Source: Camelus dromedarius (lineage: Eukaryota). From it: a stretch of 64,000 bases of DNA. The notes under the pieces were generated by a model. That model did not search any database. It was not told the DNA's origin and worked only from the letters and a program-made list of their open reading frames with translations. The translations under genes were made by a program, and so were the position numbers. Below, in pieces: positions 36,006-50,319 of this stretch. The stretch lies in NCBI RefSeq assembly GCF_036321535.1, contig NC_087436.1, positions 24,988,001 to 25,052,000 on the forward strand, read 5' to 3'. Positions within the stretch are counted from its first letter, which is position 1. Every line of letters begins with the position of its first letter.

Positions 36006-39000
36006 TACAGGAAGTGAAGTGAATAAACTATGAAAAGATCAAGGCAATTTTTCATCCATCAATATCAGATTATGGGAGGTAAGTCCTTTGGTCATAGAGA
36101 AAATGTGTTTTCTTCATAAACTGTCTCCTATATTGTTGCCTTAAACCACTTCATATGAACCGTAATTAGGATGATACGCATCCAGGAGTTTTGTTGCGAA
36201 AATTACTCGACCTCTGACTCCAGATGCCCTAACAGTGTTTGAGTATTGTCGTCCATGTTCCTCCCCGTGTAATTATTTTGGCTGGTACATCCAGAAAGAG
36301 TAAAGATGAGTATAGATATAATATATGCCTTAGGAATGGGAGTCTATTTGAGACTTAGCAGAACACTGGGGTGGAGAGCAGAACATCTGATATATATTTT
36401 GTGGCCATGTCTGGAGATAAATCCTGAGGCCTAACTAATAAAGTGGTTCATTTGAAATGAATGATTTTGAAGTGAGGGGTAGAGTAGGAACCAGTGATTG
36501 GCTGAGTGGGTGGCCGCTCAGGCCTTAAATCAAAGGGTGGACTCCATCCCTGCTTCCTGTGGACGCAGGGACTTGCTGTTCATCATTGGCTTTATTCCCA
36601 CGTTGCATGTGATTGACACCTATCCACTGTCCAGTTTAGCATCTTTTCATGCATATCCATCCTCTCCAAGTGGTTAGAAGCCCCTCTGGAGCAGGACGAC
36701 AGCAGTGACACACCCCTTGGTAACTTGGCAAGCGTGTTACAGAGAGCCTTGCATGTAGTGGGTGCTCACAGACAGTTTGGTGATGGATCCTCTGTAACAC
36801 TAATAGTGAAAGTGACTCTCAACGTGTGAAACGTGAAAATAGTTACAAATCCCTGTCTGGAATCTCTGAACAGATAACAAGAATATCAAAACTTTGATTC
36901 TCTCAGTGTCCCCCCTTTTAATTCCCCCTTACGTCAAAACAAAACTGATTTTTCTGCTAGCTTATTGAAGTTGAAGTAAAGGATTATTGCACCTAAAGAG
37001 AAAAGAATGGAAATCTTGGAAAATATTCAAGACTCCCAGGTTCAGTATCAGTAAATAATGTGTCGCTGCTGAGTTCTGGGAGAAAATAAATGCTTCAGCT
37101 TCCAAAAACTGTCTGTTAAACAGAAAGACAGGTGTATCGTGTTTACAGGGGATGTGACATTATAAACTCAGCTGCAACAACCCATCCAGATGAGCAGTGA
37201 TCTGTAGCTCTGAACCCAGGGAACCCTGTCACAGGTTTTACGGGTAATTTTCGTTTGTGAGTGTTTAGACACCTTCGCTGCCAACTGGAATGGAGCCAGT
37301 ATCAGTAACAACACAGAGATGAAAAACCGTGATCTAATCAACCCCCATCAAACCAGTCAGTGGTAAAACAGTGTTTCCCAGAAACACTTATTACAGATAA
37401 CATTTCGGTTGTTAAATTTATGAAGTATAGAGTTATATAACTTCTTTCTTGAAAAAGTCAAGACTGCATTTTCATACACACATCTACCAACAAACACAGT
37501 TCAGCAGTGGAAGCAATAAGGTCATTGACAAAAATAAATTACATAAATGGTATTTACCAATTTTCAACATTCACTAAGAAAGTCCACGTAGGGGGCGCGG
37601 CCTTGCCAATTATGAAAAATGTTATCCTGAATAATTAGCAGAGTGTGTTGACAAAAATGTCAGCGTGAGCGGAGGCAGCGTGGTTTATCTGCTGGCATAT
37701 GAGAGACATCTTTTTGAACCCACAGTTTTGCTAGTTTAACATGTTCCAGCCTTACTATAAACCCTTAATGTAAATTTGGCAAAGTCAGTGCTTACCTTAA
37801 AAGAAACTACCTCTATCTGCGTCATGGGTATATCACGGACAAATGTTGCTGCCCTGATTTTTGAATGGTGGTGCCTACTCCCTTTCCTCCGTGGGTGAGA
37901 CATTAGGTATCCCCCAAAGAATGAGGAAATGCCCACAGTGACTTGAATTCTCTATGTGAGGAGACTTGGGTCCACACAGATCATAGATCTCTGTCCTCAC
38001 CAGGATGAAACAGAGATTCCTAGATCCTTTCTGTTGTCAGCTCACTGGATTTAAGGTTCAAGGTATAGGCACCCCTCCCCATTATATACACCTGACCTTA
38101 TATGGGTGAGTATTTTGGTCATTAGCTGCTTCATTAACCTGCAACTAATTAGACTACTTTGAATATCCGCCTAGGAGAAGCTACGAGGAGGAGGGAGTGT
38201 GATGGGATATTGGATACCTGTGGAGAGCCCTGTTACTGTAGTTTCAATATGTTAACTTTTGAGTTAATAAGTTTCAGAAGCAAAAAGATATGCAGTATTC
38301 ATTTATCTCTTAATCATTCTTCTGAAAGTACTCTTTCAAGGGTCACAAGCCACCATCTAACACAAAGTCAAAAACGCTTCCTCAATCCAAAGTCTCCTTT
38401 ATCTTGTAGAAGCCTTTGGCCCTAATGGTGGACATATCCTATCTTCCCCATGCCTCCCTTGGGCATCTCTGTTGTTTCTCTGTCTCCTTTACTAGTTTCT
38501 CTTATGTCTTTTATTTCCTTATATGTGGGAGCTTCCCAAGTTGCATCCTTACACTCTTCTTTCCATGAATTCACGTGGTGATCTCATCCTTTCTCATGGT
38601 TCCAATTGTGCTTTACGTGCACATAGCTTTCAAATATATATCCAAGTTTTTGGAGCACACTCCCACTATCCATATGTATTTCATACGTTTTATACTTAAC
38701 ATGTAAAAACCATACTGAGAATCTTTACTTCAAAATTGTCTTTTCAGTTTCATTTCCTCATCCTTGTTAGTTGCAGCATCATTCTCATAGTCACTCAGGA
38801 TCTAAGCGTCAGATTTCATATTAACTCCTTCCTTACCCCAATACTGAGTTCCATCATGTCCTCCTACTTGGCATGTCTTATGTCTTTTCTTTCTCATTGC
38901 CAACTTTCAGTTCGTGTTTTGATTCTCTCTTCTCAGAAAGCTAACACAACCTTTGAACAGGCATCTGAGCATCTTTTTGGACCTCAGTTCATTCTGTAAA

Positions 39001-40100
39001 ATGTCTTTAGTTTTATCTTGTGAAAATACATTTTTTTAATAACGTCACTATTCTAAAAGTCATCTCTTTCACTCACTAAATATTTATTGAGTTTGCACTA
39101 CATGCCTTGGACTCTCCTAGATCCTGGAGTACAAATGGAAGTGAGACATCGTTCTCGTCCTTAAGGAATTCCTAAATAAATCACCAATAATTCTAATAGA
39201 GTGTATTTGCATAATGATAGACATTTTATTATCTCTAGATTAGCCACTTAGAATTCCTTTCCTCTTTTCTCTTACTATATAATTCTTTGCCCTTTTCAAA
39301 ACCCAGATAAAATAGCATCTCCATCATGGTCTCACTTAATCACATTTCCTTCATTTGAAGTCCCATATAATTTATTCTGAGTCATTTATTTGGAAATTCA
39401 TCATCTGGTAGTTTGTCATCTCCTCTATTGCTAATTTTAACTCTAATTTAATGTTTAATATTTTGTCCTGTATTCTCATTTAGATTGTCCAGGTTCTGAG
39501 ATCAATAATAAAGTCTTACACCTGGCAGCTTCCCTAGGCCCTTAGAGTGTATTGCTGTTTGGTGTTCAAATGCAAACATTACAAATGATAAGTAATATTA
39601 AGTATATTTTACTGGCCAAATAAGTTAACATCTTTTTTTCTTACCAATATTTAAATCTGACCCTGACATTAAATAGCTTGAAGTGTTTTTTTACAACCAC
39701 GTTTTTATACAATCAGATTCCTTTTTAACGTAGGTGTTCTCAACCTTCTATTCCATTCAGAACTTGTCCTTGAAATTTCTAAATCTCATCTACCTTTAAC
39801 AGTTTCCACAAGAATTGTTGTTATAAATGAAACCCAGTGTAGTCTCCCGAGAGGTAGAATGTGCCCTTGAAAATAGTTCCACTGGAATACATTTTCTAAC
39901 TCAGGAGATCATGATTTTTGTCAGTTTGGTCTCAAGGCAAAACTTGAGTGTTAATGTAATGAAATAAAATATAATGCTGGTGATACAGCAGCCACAAATT
40001 CCATTAGATGATAGTCTATACTTATCTTGAATGATGAACTAATTCAAGATTTTAATGTTATCAAGTGTTTTAAAAATTAAATTGCTCTGTTGCAATAGAG

Positions 40101-40604
40101 TTACAGTTTTCTCTTGCCACTATAACAAACTGCCACAAACTTAGTGGTTTAAAGAACACAAATGTATGTTTTTCTTACAGTTCTGTAGGTCAAAAGAGCT
40201 ACATGAGTCTCACTGGGCCAAAGTCAGGGCATCTTAGGGCTGGGTTCCTTCCTGGAGGCATGAGGGGAGAATTCATTTTCTTGCCTTTTCTAGCTTCTAG
40301 AGATCACTGGCCCCTTTCTCCGTCTTTAAATTCAGCAGTGACAGGGAGCTGAGCTCTCATATTTCTGTGTCTCTGATTCTCTCTTCCATTGTCAAGTTTC
40401 CCTCTGACCACAGCCAAGAAAGACTCTTTAACTACTCGTGCGATTAGTTTGGACCAACTTGAGTAATCTAGAATAATTTCACCATCTCCAGGTCTTTAAC
40501 TTAGTTCCGTCTGCAGTCTCTTTTCCCATGTAAACTAACATAGTCCCAGGTTCTAGAAATCAGGGGGTTGACTTTTTGGGGTGGCTATTATTTTGCCTAC
40601 TACA
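40101..40604 (-). mobile_element. MaLR LTR (MLT1-like)
   Basis: ataacaaactgccacaaacttagtggtttaaa...cttacagttctgtaggtca...attattttgcctactaca. Confidence 0.8.
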
Positions 40605-40726
40605 GATGATTTTTATGCACCTAGAACATTGTCTATTTTCAACTGAATGTATTTCGGTATTATTAATAACTGTTCTAAATTCCCTTTGATCATAAAATCT
40701 TAGAATGTAGAGTCCACAGAGGTCAT

Positions 40727-41090
40727 CCATGGTAGCTAGGGTTCAAAATGGCCCTCAGTGGGCCACACCTCTTGGTATTCATGCTTTTGCACTGTCCCCT
40801 CCCATTTTGAATCAGGGTTGACTTTGTGACAAACAGAATATGATGGAAATGAGGGTGTGTGACTTCTGAGACTGTCACATAGAAAGCATTGTGACTTCTT
40901 GCCTTGGCCTCATACCATGTAGTGAGGACCTTCAAGCAGCCTTATGAAGAGGGCCCTGTGAGGAGAAACTGAGGCAAGAGCCAGCACCAACAGGTCAGTC
41001 ATCTGAGTGAGCTGCCTGGAAAGTGAATCTACGGGTCTCAGCCAAGTCTTCAAATGACTCAGCCCTACCTGACATTTAGCCTGCAATTGA
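40727..41090 (+). mobile_element. MaLR LTR (MLT1E/F-like), partial
   Basis: aaaatggccctcagtgggccacacctcttggtattcatgc...gaggagaaactgagg...ccaagtcttcaaatgactcagccc. Confidence 0.7.
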
Positions 41091-41304
41091 ATGGGACCAC
41101 TGTTCTAAGGTAGACCATGCCACAGTACCTATGCTGTCGGCCCAAGGAGTGGCAGCTGTTTCTGTGGAGTGTAGACAAATCTCCAGGCCCCTCACAGTCT
41201 AAGTCAGAGCTGAAGTTGGAAAGAGAGGGAGAGTTACTTGTAGGATGGAAACTGGCTCTTCTGGAGTATTTAGGTGTAAAACTCTGAGTCAATATACTCT
41301 TAAT

Positions 41305-41460
41305 TTAGAGTGGGGCCTGCCCAGTTGTTACGAAAGTGTAATTGTCAAAGTGAATATAATGTAATTTATTTAATAGTTTTTAAGGTAGATTTCTAACTTT
41401 AAATGTTTAGATACATGGTATCGGGCCCCCACTTGTACTCTTGCACCTCCCCTCCGTTTG
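41305..41460. mobile_element. hAT MITE (MER53-like)
   Basis: ggggcctgccc...ttaaatgtttagatacatggtatcgggcccccacttgtactcttgc. Confidence 0.55.
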
Positions 41461-41847
41461 CCACTGATGGGGCTGGTGGAGGGTGCACTTGGGTCTATAC
41501 ACATGTGCACGTCTGTTGAAGAAGTACACGATAAGGAACGGAGTAAATGGGGTGACAAATAAATTTTCCAGCATTGCTTCTGATTCTTGAGCTTTAGTTC
41601 TTTGTGGTAATAAAGCTGACTCTTAGGTACCTGAAATTAATCTCAGACATTACATCTCGGAAGCATTGATTAGGTCATTTCTAGAAAGATGTGAAAATAT
41701 TTACTGCCCTCTGCGTAGCACGTTCATCACTAGTTAAATTCCTGGATGGAATTCTGTGTTCAACTGGATCCTGAGGAGCCTAAATCTTTACAAATTTCAG
41801 TTCTTCAGTCTCCTTTGTCCCCTGTTCCCTTGGTCCAGTGCTTATAG

Positions 41848-42022
41848 AGGGTGGTCCCAAAGCTAGCAGCCCTAGCAGGAATCTGTGGGAAAACAAAATC
41901 TAAGGACCCTGTCCCCCCTCACTCCTAAGACCTACTCAATCTGAAACACTGAGGTTGGCAGGAATTTAACAAGCCCTTCAGGTGATTCTGAAGCAGCTAC
42001 AGTGAACGTTTGGAGACTACTG
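41848..42022. mobile_element. hAT-Charlie MITE (MER5A-like)
   Basis: gtggtcccaaa...gacctactcaatctgaaac...tttaacaagcccttcaggtgattctga...tttggagactactg, with degenerate TIRs. Confidence 0.65.
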
Positions 42023-43862
42023 CCTTAGCCTGCACCCTCTTTTGGATGGAATTATCAGAGACAAATATTGTACAGTTAAGAGTTTTTTATCTGCCATATT
42101 GGATCAACAGACACCAAACAACACTACTGAGAAAAAGTGTGCTTTTATCATTAAAACAAAGAGGACTTTTACTTCAAGTTCTCTCTAGAAGAAATGAGCA
42201 CATAAGCTAAATTTCATCTGCTTGGTGCCTTTTGATAATGTTTGCTTGCTCTTTGAATTGCCTAATTTTTATATTTAGCAATGGTTCCAAGTTGTAGTTT
42301 TTGATATTGTTCTTGTTTTCCAAGGCCAAAGCCCCTGAGAGATGATTCATCAAGGATTGAAACACCATAAAGTAGAATCAATAAATTAGGTTAAAACTGA
42401 ACTTCAGAGTTGGAGGGTAGAAAGAGAAAATGCAACTATTTCTCCACATGCCATTTAACTTCCAGAAGGATAAACATAATTGTTGCTTGTTTTTTTCTTT
42501 TCAGTTTGATTAAATTCTCTGATTGCAATAACAATGCAGACCCACTCTGATATTCACCGTAAATTGAATAGTAATTTAAAAAAGAATGTGTTTTTTTATC
42601 TAGTAGCAGGAAAAGAAGATGGAAAATCATTTGTACTTACTTCTGACTTTACACTAGGGTTAATATTTATTGATGAGTAATTGATATTTAATATGAATTT
42701 ACTTATGTCTACTTAGAAACACAGTGAGTTTTTATATAAAAGAGATGAAATGAACATACCATTTTTACACACAGAACCTACCATTGTTTTTATGTCTTCA
42801 TTTATCATAAATAAGTGATTTTATCTCCTTTTTTCTCAATTTTATCTTCTTTTCATTAAAAATGTTATTATCATACAACCAAAATGTGACGATAAATTTT
42901 TGACGTTTTCTCCTATTTATGCTTTTGTGTTAACTTTATAAATATCCCATCTTTGCCTTATGTTTAAAGTTGAATGAGAAAAGGCGGATAGCAATTTGAC
43001 TTGTAGGATCTTTAAATGACAAGAGCAGCTAGCTAAGGATGTAAATAACTTTATGGCCATTTTCTTGTTATGAATTTGAAATAGAATCTAGCAATCATAA
43101 CCTATGGTGTTTATTCTCAGTCCTATGTTAAAAGCTAGGAAGTCTGAAATTTCCTGTCCTGGAATAAAATAAACATTTTCCTGTTGAAATTTTACCTCAA
43201 GCCTTGACATTACTCAACACTCTCCTTCTCCCCGGCCGCCCTTTGATGGTGTGTGTTACATTGATGATCTACTACAATTCCTAGTCTTCTCTTAACTCAG
43301 ATATAAAAGATAAATTTTCCCTGCTGATTCTGGGAAGATCTCTTCCTTATCTTAATTCATCTTTCCAAATGATGCGACCACTTATTTTTAATATTAACCC
43401 TGTCCTGTGTTCACTGATTCTCCTTTTCCTCCTCCTGAGGGGGATTGAAAAATCAGGTGCTTCTGGATCAAAGCTGATGTGCCATGGGAAAACTCTTACA
43501 ATCTGGCTGTTGTCATTTTCCTGGCTTTATTCGTCCACTTTTCAATATGAACATTGTTGCCAGTGACATTGCTTATGCGTACAGACGAGTTGAAATGAAG
43601 CCAGTCTTGATCTGTTGTAACCTATTCAATCTACTTGTGAGAATTGCTCACCTATGAAACCACCGCCATCATTAACCATTCTCACCTTTTTTCTAAAGTC
43701 TTCCATCTCAATGAATAGAGCATGGCTTGCACTAATTGACTTGTTATTTGTGATTATTTTTACACATTTCTTTGTACCTATGTTTTCCTACAAACTTACT
43801 TTAAGCTCTTCAAGATCAAGCTTTATTTCATTTGCATTTCTACCAACATCTAAGAGTTTTCT

Positions 43863-44701
43863 TTTTTTTTCTTTGATATATTTTTATTGAAGTATAGTCA
43901 GTTTACAATGTTGTGTCAATTTCTGTGTACAACACAATACTTCAGCCATATAGGAACATACATATATTTATTTTCATATTCTTTTTAACCGTAAGTTACT
44001 GCAAGATACAGAATATAGTTCCCTGTACTATATACAGTATAAACTTGTTGTTTATCTATTTTATATATAGTAGTTAGTGTCTGCAAATCTCTAACTCCCA
44101 ATTTATCCCTTCCCACTTGCTTCCCCTACGGTAACCATAATTTTGTTTTCTATGTCTGTGAGTCTGTTTCTGTTTTGTAAATAAGTTTGTTTGTCCTTTT
44201 TTTTAAGATTCCACATGTAAGTGATATCATATGGTATTTTTCTTTCTTTTTCTGGCTTACTTCACTTAGAATGACATTCTCCAGGTCCATCCATGTTGCT
44301 GCAAATGACATTATTTTATTCTTTTTATGGCTAGTTAGTATTCCATTGTATCAATATACCACAGCCTCTTTATCCAGTCATCTGTTGATGGACATTTAGG
44401 TTGTTTCCATGTCTTGGTTATTGTAAATAGTGTTGCTATGAACAGTGAGGTGCATGTATCTTGTTGAATTAAGATTCCTTCTGGATATATGCTGGATCAT
44501 ATGGTAAGTCTATTTTTAGTCTTTTGAGGAGTCTCCATACTGTTTTCTATAATGGCTGCACCAAACTATATTCCCACCAATAGCGTAGGAGGGTTCTGTT
44601 TTCTCCACACCCTGTCCATCATTTATTATTCATGGACTTTTGAATGATGGCCATTCTGACTGGTATGAGGTGATACCTCATTGTAGTTTTGATTTGCATT
44701 T
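43863..44701 (-). mobile_element. 5'-truncated L1
   Basis: Poly(T)-rich left end; L1 3'UTR and ORF2 C-terminus on minus strand; 10-bp TSD agagttttct at 43853-43862 and 44702-44711. Confidence 0.92.
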
Positions 44702-47700
44702 AGAGTTTTCTATTCTTTATGGAAATTAAATAAATTATTTTAAAGTCACTAACATTGCAGCTCACTTGAGTAATGTAAATTTGGGGACCATTACTACAAG
44801 GCATATGGAATGAGTCTATTTAAAAAGGGAATTTCTTTCACAACATCTCATCTAATTCCATAGTTGTGTTTTCATCTGTGGACCTTGATTTTTCTCATTT
44901 TAAATAAAGGGCTTCTATGATGTATAGTAGAATTCTTAAATTCATACTTTCATATTAAAAATACAGGTTTACTATGAGTTCTGCACAGAGGAAGGAAGTA
45001 GCAAGTAAGTGGTTCTTGCATCTTTTACAGAGAGGAAAGATACAGAAAAATTTGTATGTTGGCAAAAATTAAGGAAGGATAGCATAATGGTCAGGGAGAA
45101 TGCATATAGCAAAATTTTGACATCAAGGATTTCTTGGTTTTATACATACAAGATCATGCTCAAGGTTCAGTCTTTATTTACTAAAATGTCTTTATGCACA
45201 TTTGAATATTGAGATGTTTCTCCTCACAATGAATATTAGTAATTAAAGATAGGATGGTTTCTATGTCTTTCAAAATCTGCTGTTACTAAAAATGAGTCCA
45301 CGCCTTGATTCTAGCTATTTTAAGAGGACTGAATTTCTCAATGAATATTGTGCAACACTATATGGCTGCACTGTTGGGCACTTTAAGAAATGATCATTAA
45401 AAGGGAAGGTGAGTAAATACAGCTTCATTAGATGGAATCTTGGGTTTGAGATTTGCAGTTGTTTAAAATGCATATATATCAGAGCATGACCAGGGTTAAA
45501 ACCTCAAATATAAACTGAAAACATTCTACTCATTGTAACCACACCATATAATGAAAAAGCCTTATCTTTTATTTCAGTCAAAATATTGTTCAAACATGCT
45601 AAAAGTAATTATTGTTAATTGCTTACGATGTGCAAAGTATCTTTCCAGGAGCTATGGTTACAAGCAGAAATTTTAAAAATAAATGTAATTTTCCTGCCCC
45701 AATGTAGCCTCTAGTCTAGTAGAGAGTGATAATACAGACGGAGAAGTATGAAGTCATTTATGGCTTTTTCTACACTGAGAGTCTGATACCACGAACAACA
45801 GTCACTGGAGTGCACTTGGCTAAGTTTAAAAATTCTAAATGCATACCTGAATACGAAATTTAATTAATGTGTCAGGAACAATGGTAACAGAAACTGGTAA
45901 GATGAAGACGTGTTAGTCACACTTACATTGAGATACAGGTTTCCTGAACTTTCTCTTGCTAGATACAAAATAATTAGCTAACCTACATTGAGAAGGTCAG
46001 ATATTTTGCAAGGTCTCATAAATATAGAGGCTATATCTATAATTATAAAATAATACTGTAATTTTGTACCTACAAGGTTAATTCGGTATTATGAAAGTAA
46101 ATTGAGGCCTTGTACATCTCAACCTTGTATGATTTAATGTGTGATCAATGAATCATATCTTTAGCTTGGTCTTCAGCTGATCCTCAGGAGAGTTTGGAGA
46201 GGATGTGGGATGCATGTTGATGTACTGTTCAGACAACCAAAGGTACCCTCCAGTGTGTAAGGGCCATGAGTGAGTTTTAAAAGCAATATCAAAGTTCTGC
46301 AATTTGTATATAACAACACCATTTGTGACACTCCAGACACCTACAGGTGATTAATCCTCACCTATCCTTCCGGGATAGGATGGTGGTGTGTAGTTTCATT
46401 GCATTTTACAGGTGGGATAAATAACTAGCTTCAGGTTGGTTGCGGAGTAGGGAATAAAACAGAGCTCTCTTTATTTCTTATCATGTAATTTAGCAATGCT
46501 GCTACTTCTCCTAAAGAAGTTATTATATTCTCTCTTACAAGAGTCTCAAGGTATTTCTTATTTTGGTATCTTGTCTTCACGGATTTGAGACTGGGCAACT
46601 TCTTCCATATCCCATAACATCGGTCAGACAGTAAGTACTTACAGTATTGGGCATTTATTAAGCTTCTAAGATTTTTATTTTAAAGAGCAGCTGACACTGA
46701 ATGTAAAGATGAAACATCACAGGTGTTGAGTCAAAAGATTCATGAGTATTAGTGTTCTCTGACTACTGGTGCACTGAATACTGACTTTTGCTTTGATAGG
46801 CCTATGCCTTTTTAACACATTTTCCCTCTTGGAACAACAGAGCTGCAGTTTTTTTATTTTACAAATGAGAGGTGCTGTAGAATAAGCAAAAATTGGTTTC
46901 AGCTCCTCTGAGAAACTTATTATGTAAATATACATTATTATGATCATAAATAATAATAATTTATTTTCTGAGACATAATGCCAGAGCAAAAGTCATTTGG
47001 GTAGGCAAACATTTGTTAGTTGTATGGCGGTTTCATCAAATTCAGTCTCCATTCAGAGATAATAGATACTTAAATGGATTTTTCTTTTTCATAAGTGCAC
47101 CTCAAGGTTTCAAAGCAAACACATTGTTAAAAAGATCAGACAATAATAACAATAATTTTTCTAAAATCTTTATGGCCTGCCAAACTAGTAGCATGAATAC
47201 AAATAGAAAAATCACAATCCTTTGGGAAATTGAATTTGATTCTTTTTAATTTAGTCTTTGATTTAAGATAGAAGCCCAGCCACAAATTCTTCAGACTTGC
47301 TGGTCTTGGGTTTTCATTAGACATAAGATATTTTAGTTTTGAATGTAGTTTTTATATCCTTTACTTTCAGGGAAAAGAAAGTTGCCTGTCCTTTTTTTTT
47401 TTTTTTTTGGAAGAGAGTATTATAAAAACCCAGCCATAAAACTAAAACAGTAATCAGTAACTTTCATAGCTGGAAGATATTTTTGATGCCTTATTAATCT
47501 CTGTTAATAAATAAGAATTTAGAAGTTATGTCAGTGAGCTATACCTGAAGGAAATAAGCGATGGTTATTATTGAAAAGCTAGAATGAAATGGGGATGCAG
47601 CGACTGCCGTGGAGGTGAAAAATTATTACATGGAATAGGACATAGTCTTGTCTAATGTTCTATATGGTAGAAATGGAAATTGTAGGTGCAAGTTATGGGG

Positions 47701-48757
47701 AAGTAAATTTTAATTCAATATAAGGAAGAGGTTCCTAGCAATGTTCCTAAATACAGAAAGTATTTGTATCTCCATTAGGAATATTATAAAAAGGATTCCT
47801 GAATCCTGCTGGGAACTTGACCCCCATGGACCCTAAGTGCCTCTCAACTCTAAACTTTTGGCAGTTCCGTTTGAATCTCTGTCCTTTCCTGCACAATCTT
47901 ATATGCCAAACTTGAGTAGTTTCCAAATTGATGTCTTTCTCCATTTTTCCAAGTTTGTCGATTAAAATGCCATTTCTTCCTAGCTCCAAGTATCAAAATG
48001 TTCAAGTCACTTTTCTCTTCCATATCTTTCTCTCCTAAAATCTCTCATAACTCATCAGTCACTAAACCCTATGGATCCTTATTTCTCAGTGTGATTCTCA
48101 GTCATTACATTATTTCTCATTCTCTATAAACTAATGAAGGCCCTCAGCATTGTAGACCTGTATTACCACAAGAATCTCTCAACGAGTCTCCCTAACACTT
48201 GCCTATCTGTTCCTTAATCTGTAACTTTCCTGTAGCACCACTTTTATTATGTCACTCTCATTAAGAGTATAATACTCCCTTAGCCTTTTAAGGTTCAGAT
48301 TTTCTCATCCCAGGATTTAAAGTCTTTCTTAACATGGCCCCACCTTATCAATATTTTCCTTGCTGCTTTCAATATCAGTCAGTTTCTTGTCTTCCAGTCT
48401 GCTCAGCCAAACACAGTAAATGAGCTATAGGTACAATCACAGATAAAATCCTGTACTCTTTCATGTTCCTCTAAGAATATTCCTCAGACCAAACTTATCC
48501 CACAATGCCTTTTATTTTATTTTGAAATTTACTTAAAACCCACCATGTGATTCATATAAAAAGACTCACTTTTAAAAATAGTCACTAGTTTCATTTAGAT
48601 GTGTATATGAAAGTTATAAATATCACCTTGCTAACTAGTTTTAAAGTACTGACTCTATATTTCTTTTTATATTTTAATTTTCCAAGCAGCCATAAACACT
48701 TATTAAATACATATGAAATTCCTATCAAAGGAGGGAATCAAGAATCATTAGTAGGGT

Positions 48758-49373
48758 TGTTACTAAACCGAACTTGAGTCTACTCTCCTGACATGTAGGA
48801 AAGCCAGTTTACTGACATTGAATTATGGTGAAGGAAAGTGTATTTGCGGGGCACCAAGCAAGGAGAATGGGCAATTAATGTTAAAAAGACTCAAACTCCC
48901 CACTGGCTTTTAGGGAAGAGTTTTTAGAAGCAACATAAGCAGTTAGGGTTGCAGGGTGCATGATCGTCTTGTGGACATTCCTCTGATTGGTTGATGGGGA
49001 GATAACAGGGTGGTGGTTTTGGAAATCTTAATCATCAGTCTTCTGATTCCAGCCGGTGTGGGATCTTTGTGCTTATGGTCAGCAATTCAGTCTGGTGGGG
49101 TTCTGGCTTCTGTAAAACAACTCAAGGATATGCGTCAGATAGTTACTTGTATCTCTTGAGGAACTAGGGGTCATATGACTGTTTTATGGCTGAACTATTG
49201 TTTAAACTATCATTACTTTTCTTTGTTTCCACATCCCCTTACTTCTCTAGTAACTGCTTGAGTCTGTTCTTTGGGACTCAGGGGGAAAAACTCACTTGAT
49301 TTTTTTCTATAAACAAGAAATGGTGGACACGGAGGGGTCTGCCACAAAGAAGACCCTCAGGGTCCTGCTTTCA
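48758..49373 (-). mobile_element. ERV1-type solo LTR (third family)
   Basis: TG...CA termini (tgttactaaaccgaac ... ggtcctgctttca), CCAAT on minus strand, ~615 bp; TSD not clearly preserved. Confidence 0.7.
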
Positions 49374-50319
49374 GTGGATATTAAATGGAGAAAAGGACCG
49401 ATGTGGCTTCCCTGGGGAAAACATCTATGGGTTGATGTGCTTTGATTGATTCTCTTTGAAGTGGAAATAATCACGAGTGGCAGTAGAGTCAGCCCACCGA
49501 TTTCAATCATGTCTTTTCCCCTGGTCCATTTTGATGAGCACTACACCATGGGCTATTAGCCCCCAAAACATTTTGGGTTAAATAAGAGAGCTCTCTGCAC
49601 ATAATTCTCATTTTGCAGTGAGAGCGTTAGGCTTTATTACATCTGAAATACTATGGAGCACATCATCTTGACTTTGATTTTTCACAACATTGTTCAAGAT
49701 GAACAGAGATTTTAGTGAATTTGATTCGTATCATCAGTTCATTTATTAGCAGGTGTAATAATGGAACCATAAACTTGTCACCCCAGGTGGCACTAATGAA
49801 CTCCTTTTGTGAGCTCCCTCAGCAGTGGAGAGTGATATTTGAATTAAAATGGATACCAACTTAAAAAAAAAAAAAAGGATACCAGTTCTTTATTTCTAGA
49901 GGTGCAAGGACTACATCTGTAGGTGGGAAATCTTGTCCTTGCTAGTGATTAACATGTCCTTGAAGACAAAAATGCCATTTCTCTAAAATTCCTGGAATTT
50001 TTATTTTAGTTTTATTCTCATCTCAAGTCTAATTTCATATATACACACAGATATATATATAAAACACTATGTTTCTTTCTAAAATATAGAGAAATAGGTA
50101 TAACAAATGTAAATATGATTAATATATAAACTTAATTTTTAATGTCTTAGCTTTAAAAGACTCTATCACAGAAGTAGGGAGTCTGGAAATGACTGTCTAC
50201 ACAACAGTAACTAATCAGCAATTCACCAAGATAGTACCAACAACATTGATACTGTGGATCATATAAATGAGAGAATGGTGGAGGCATACCTTAATAATTA
50301 TAGAAAAGTTTGTTTAATT

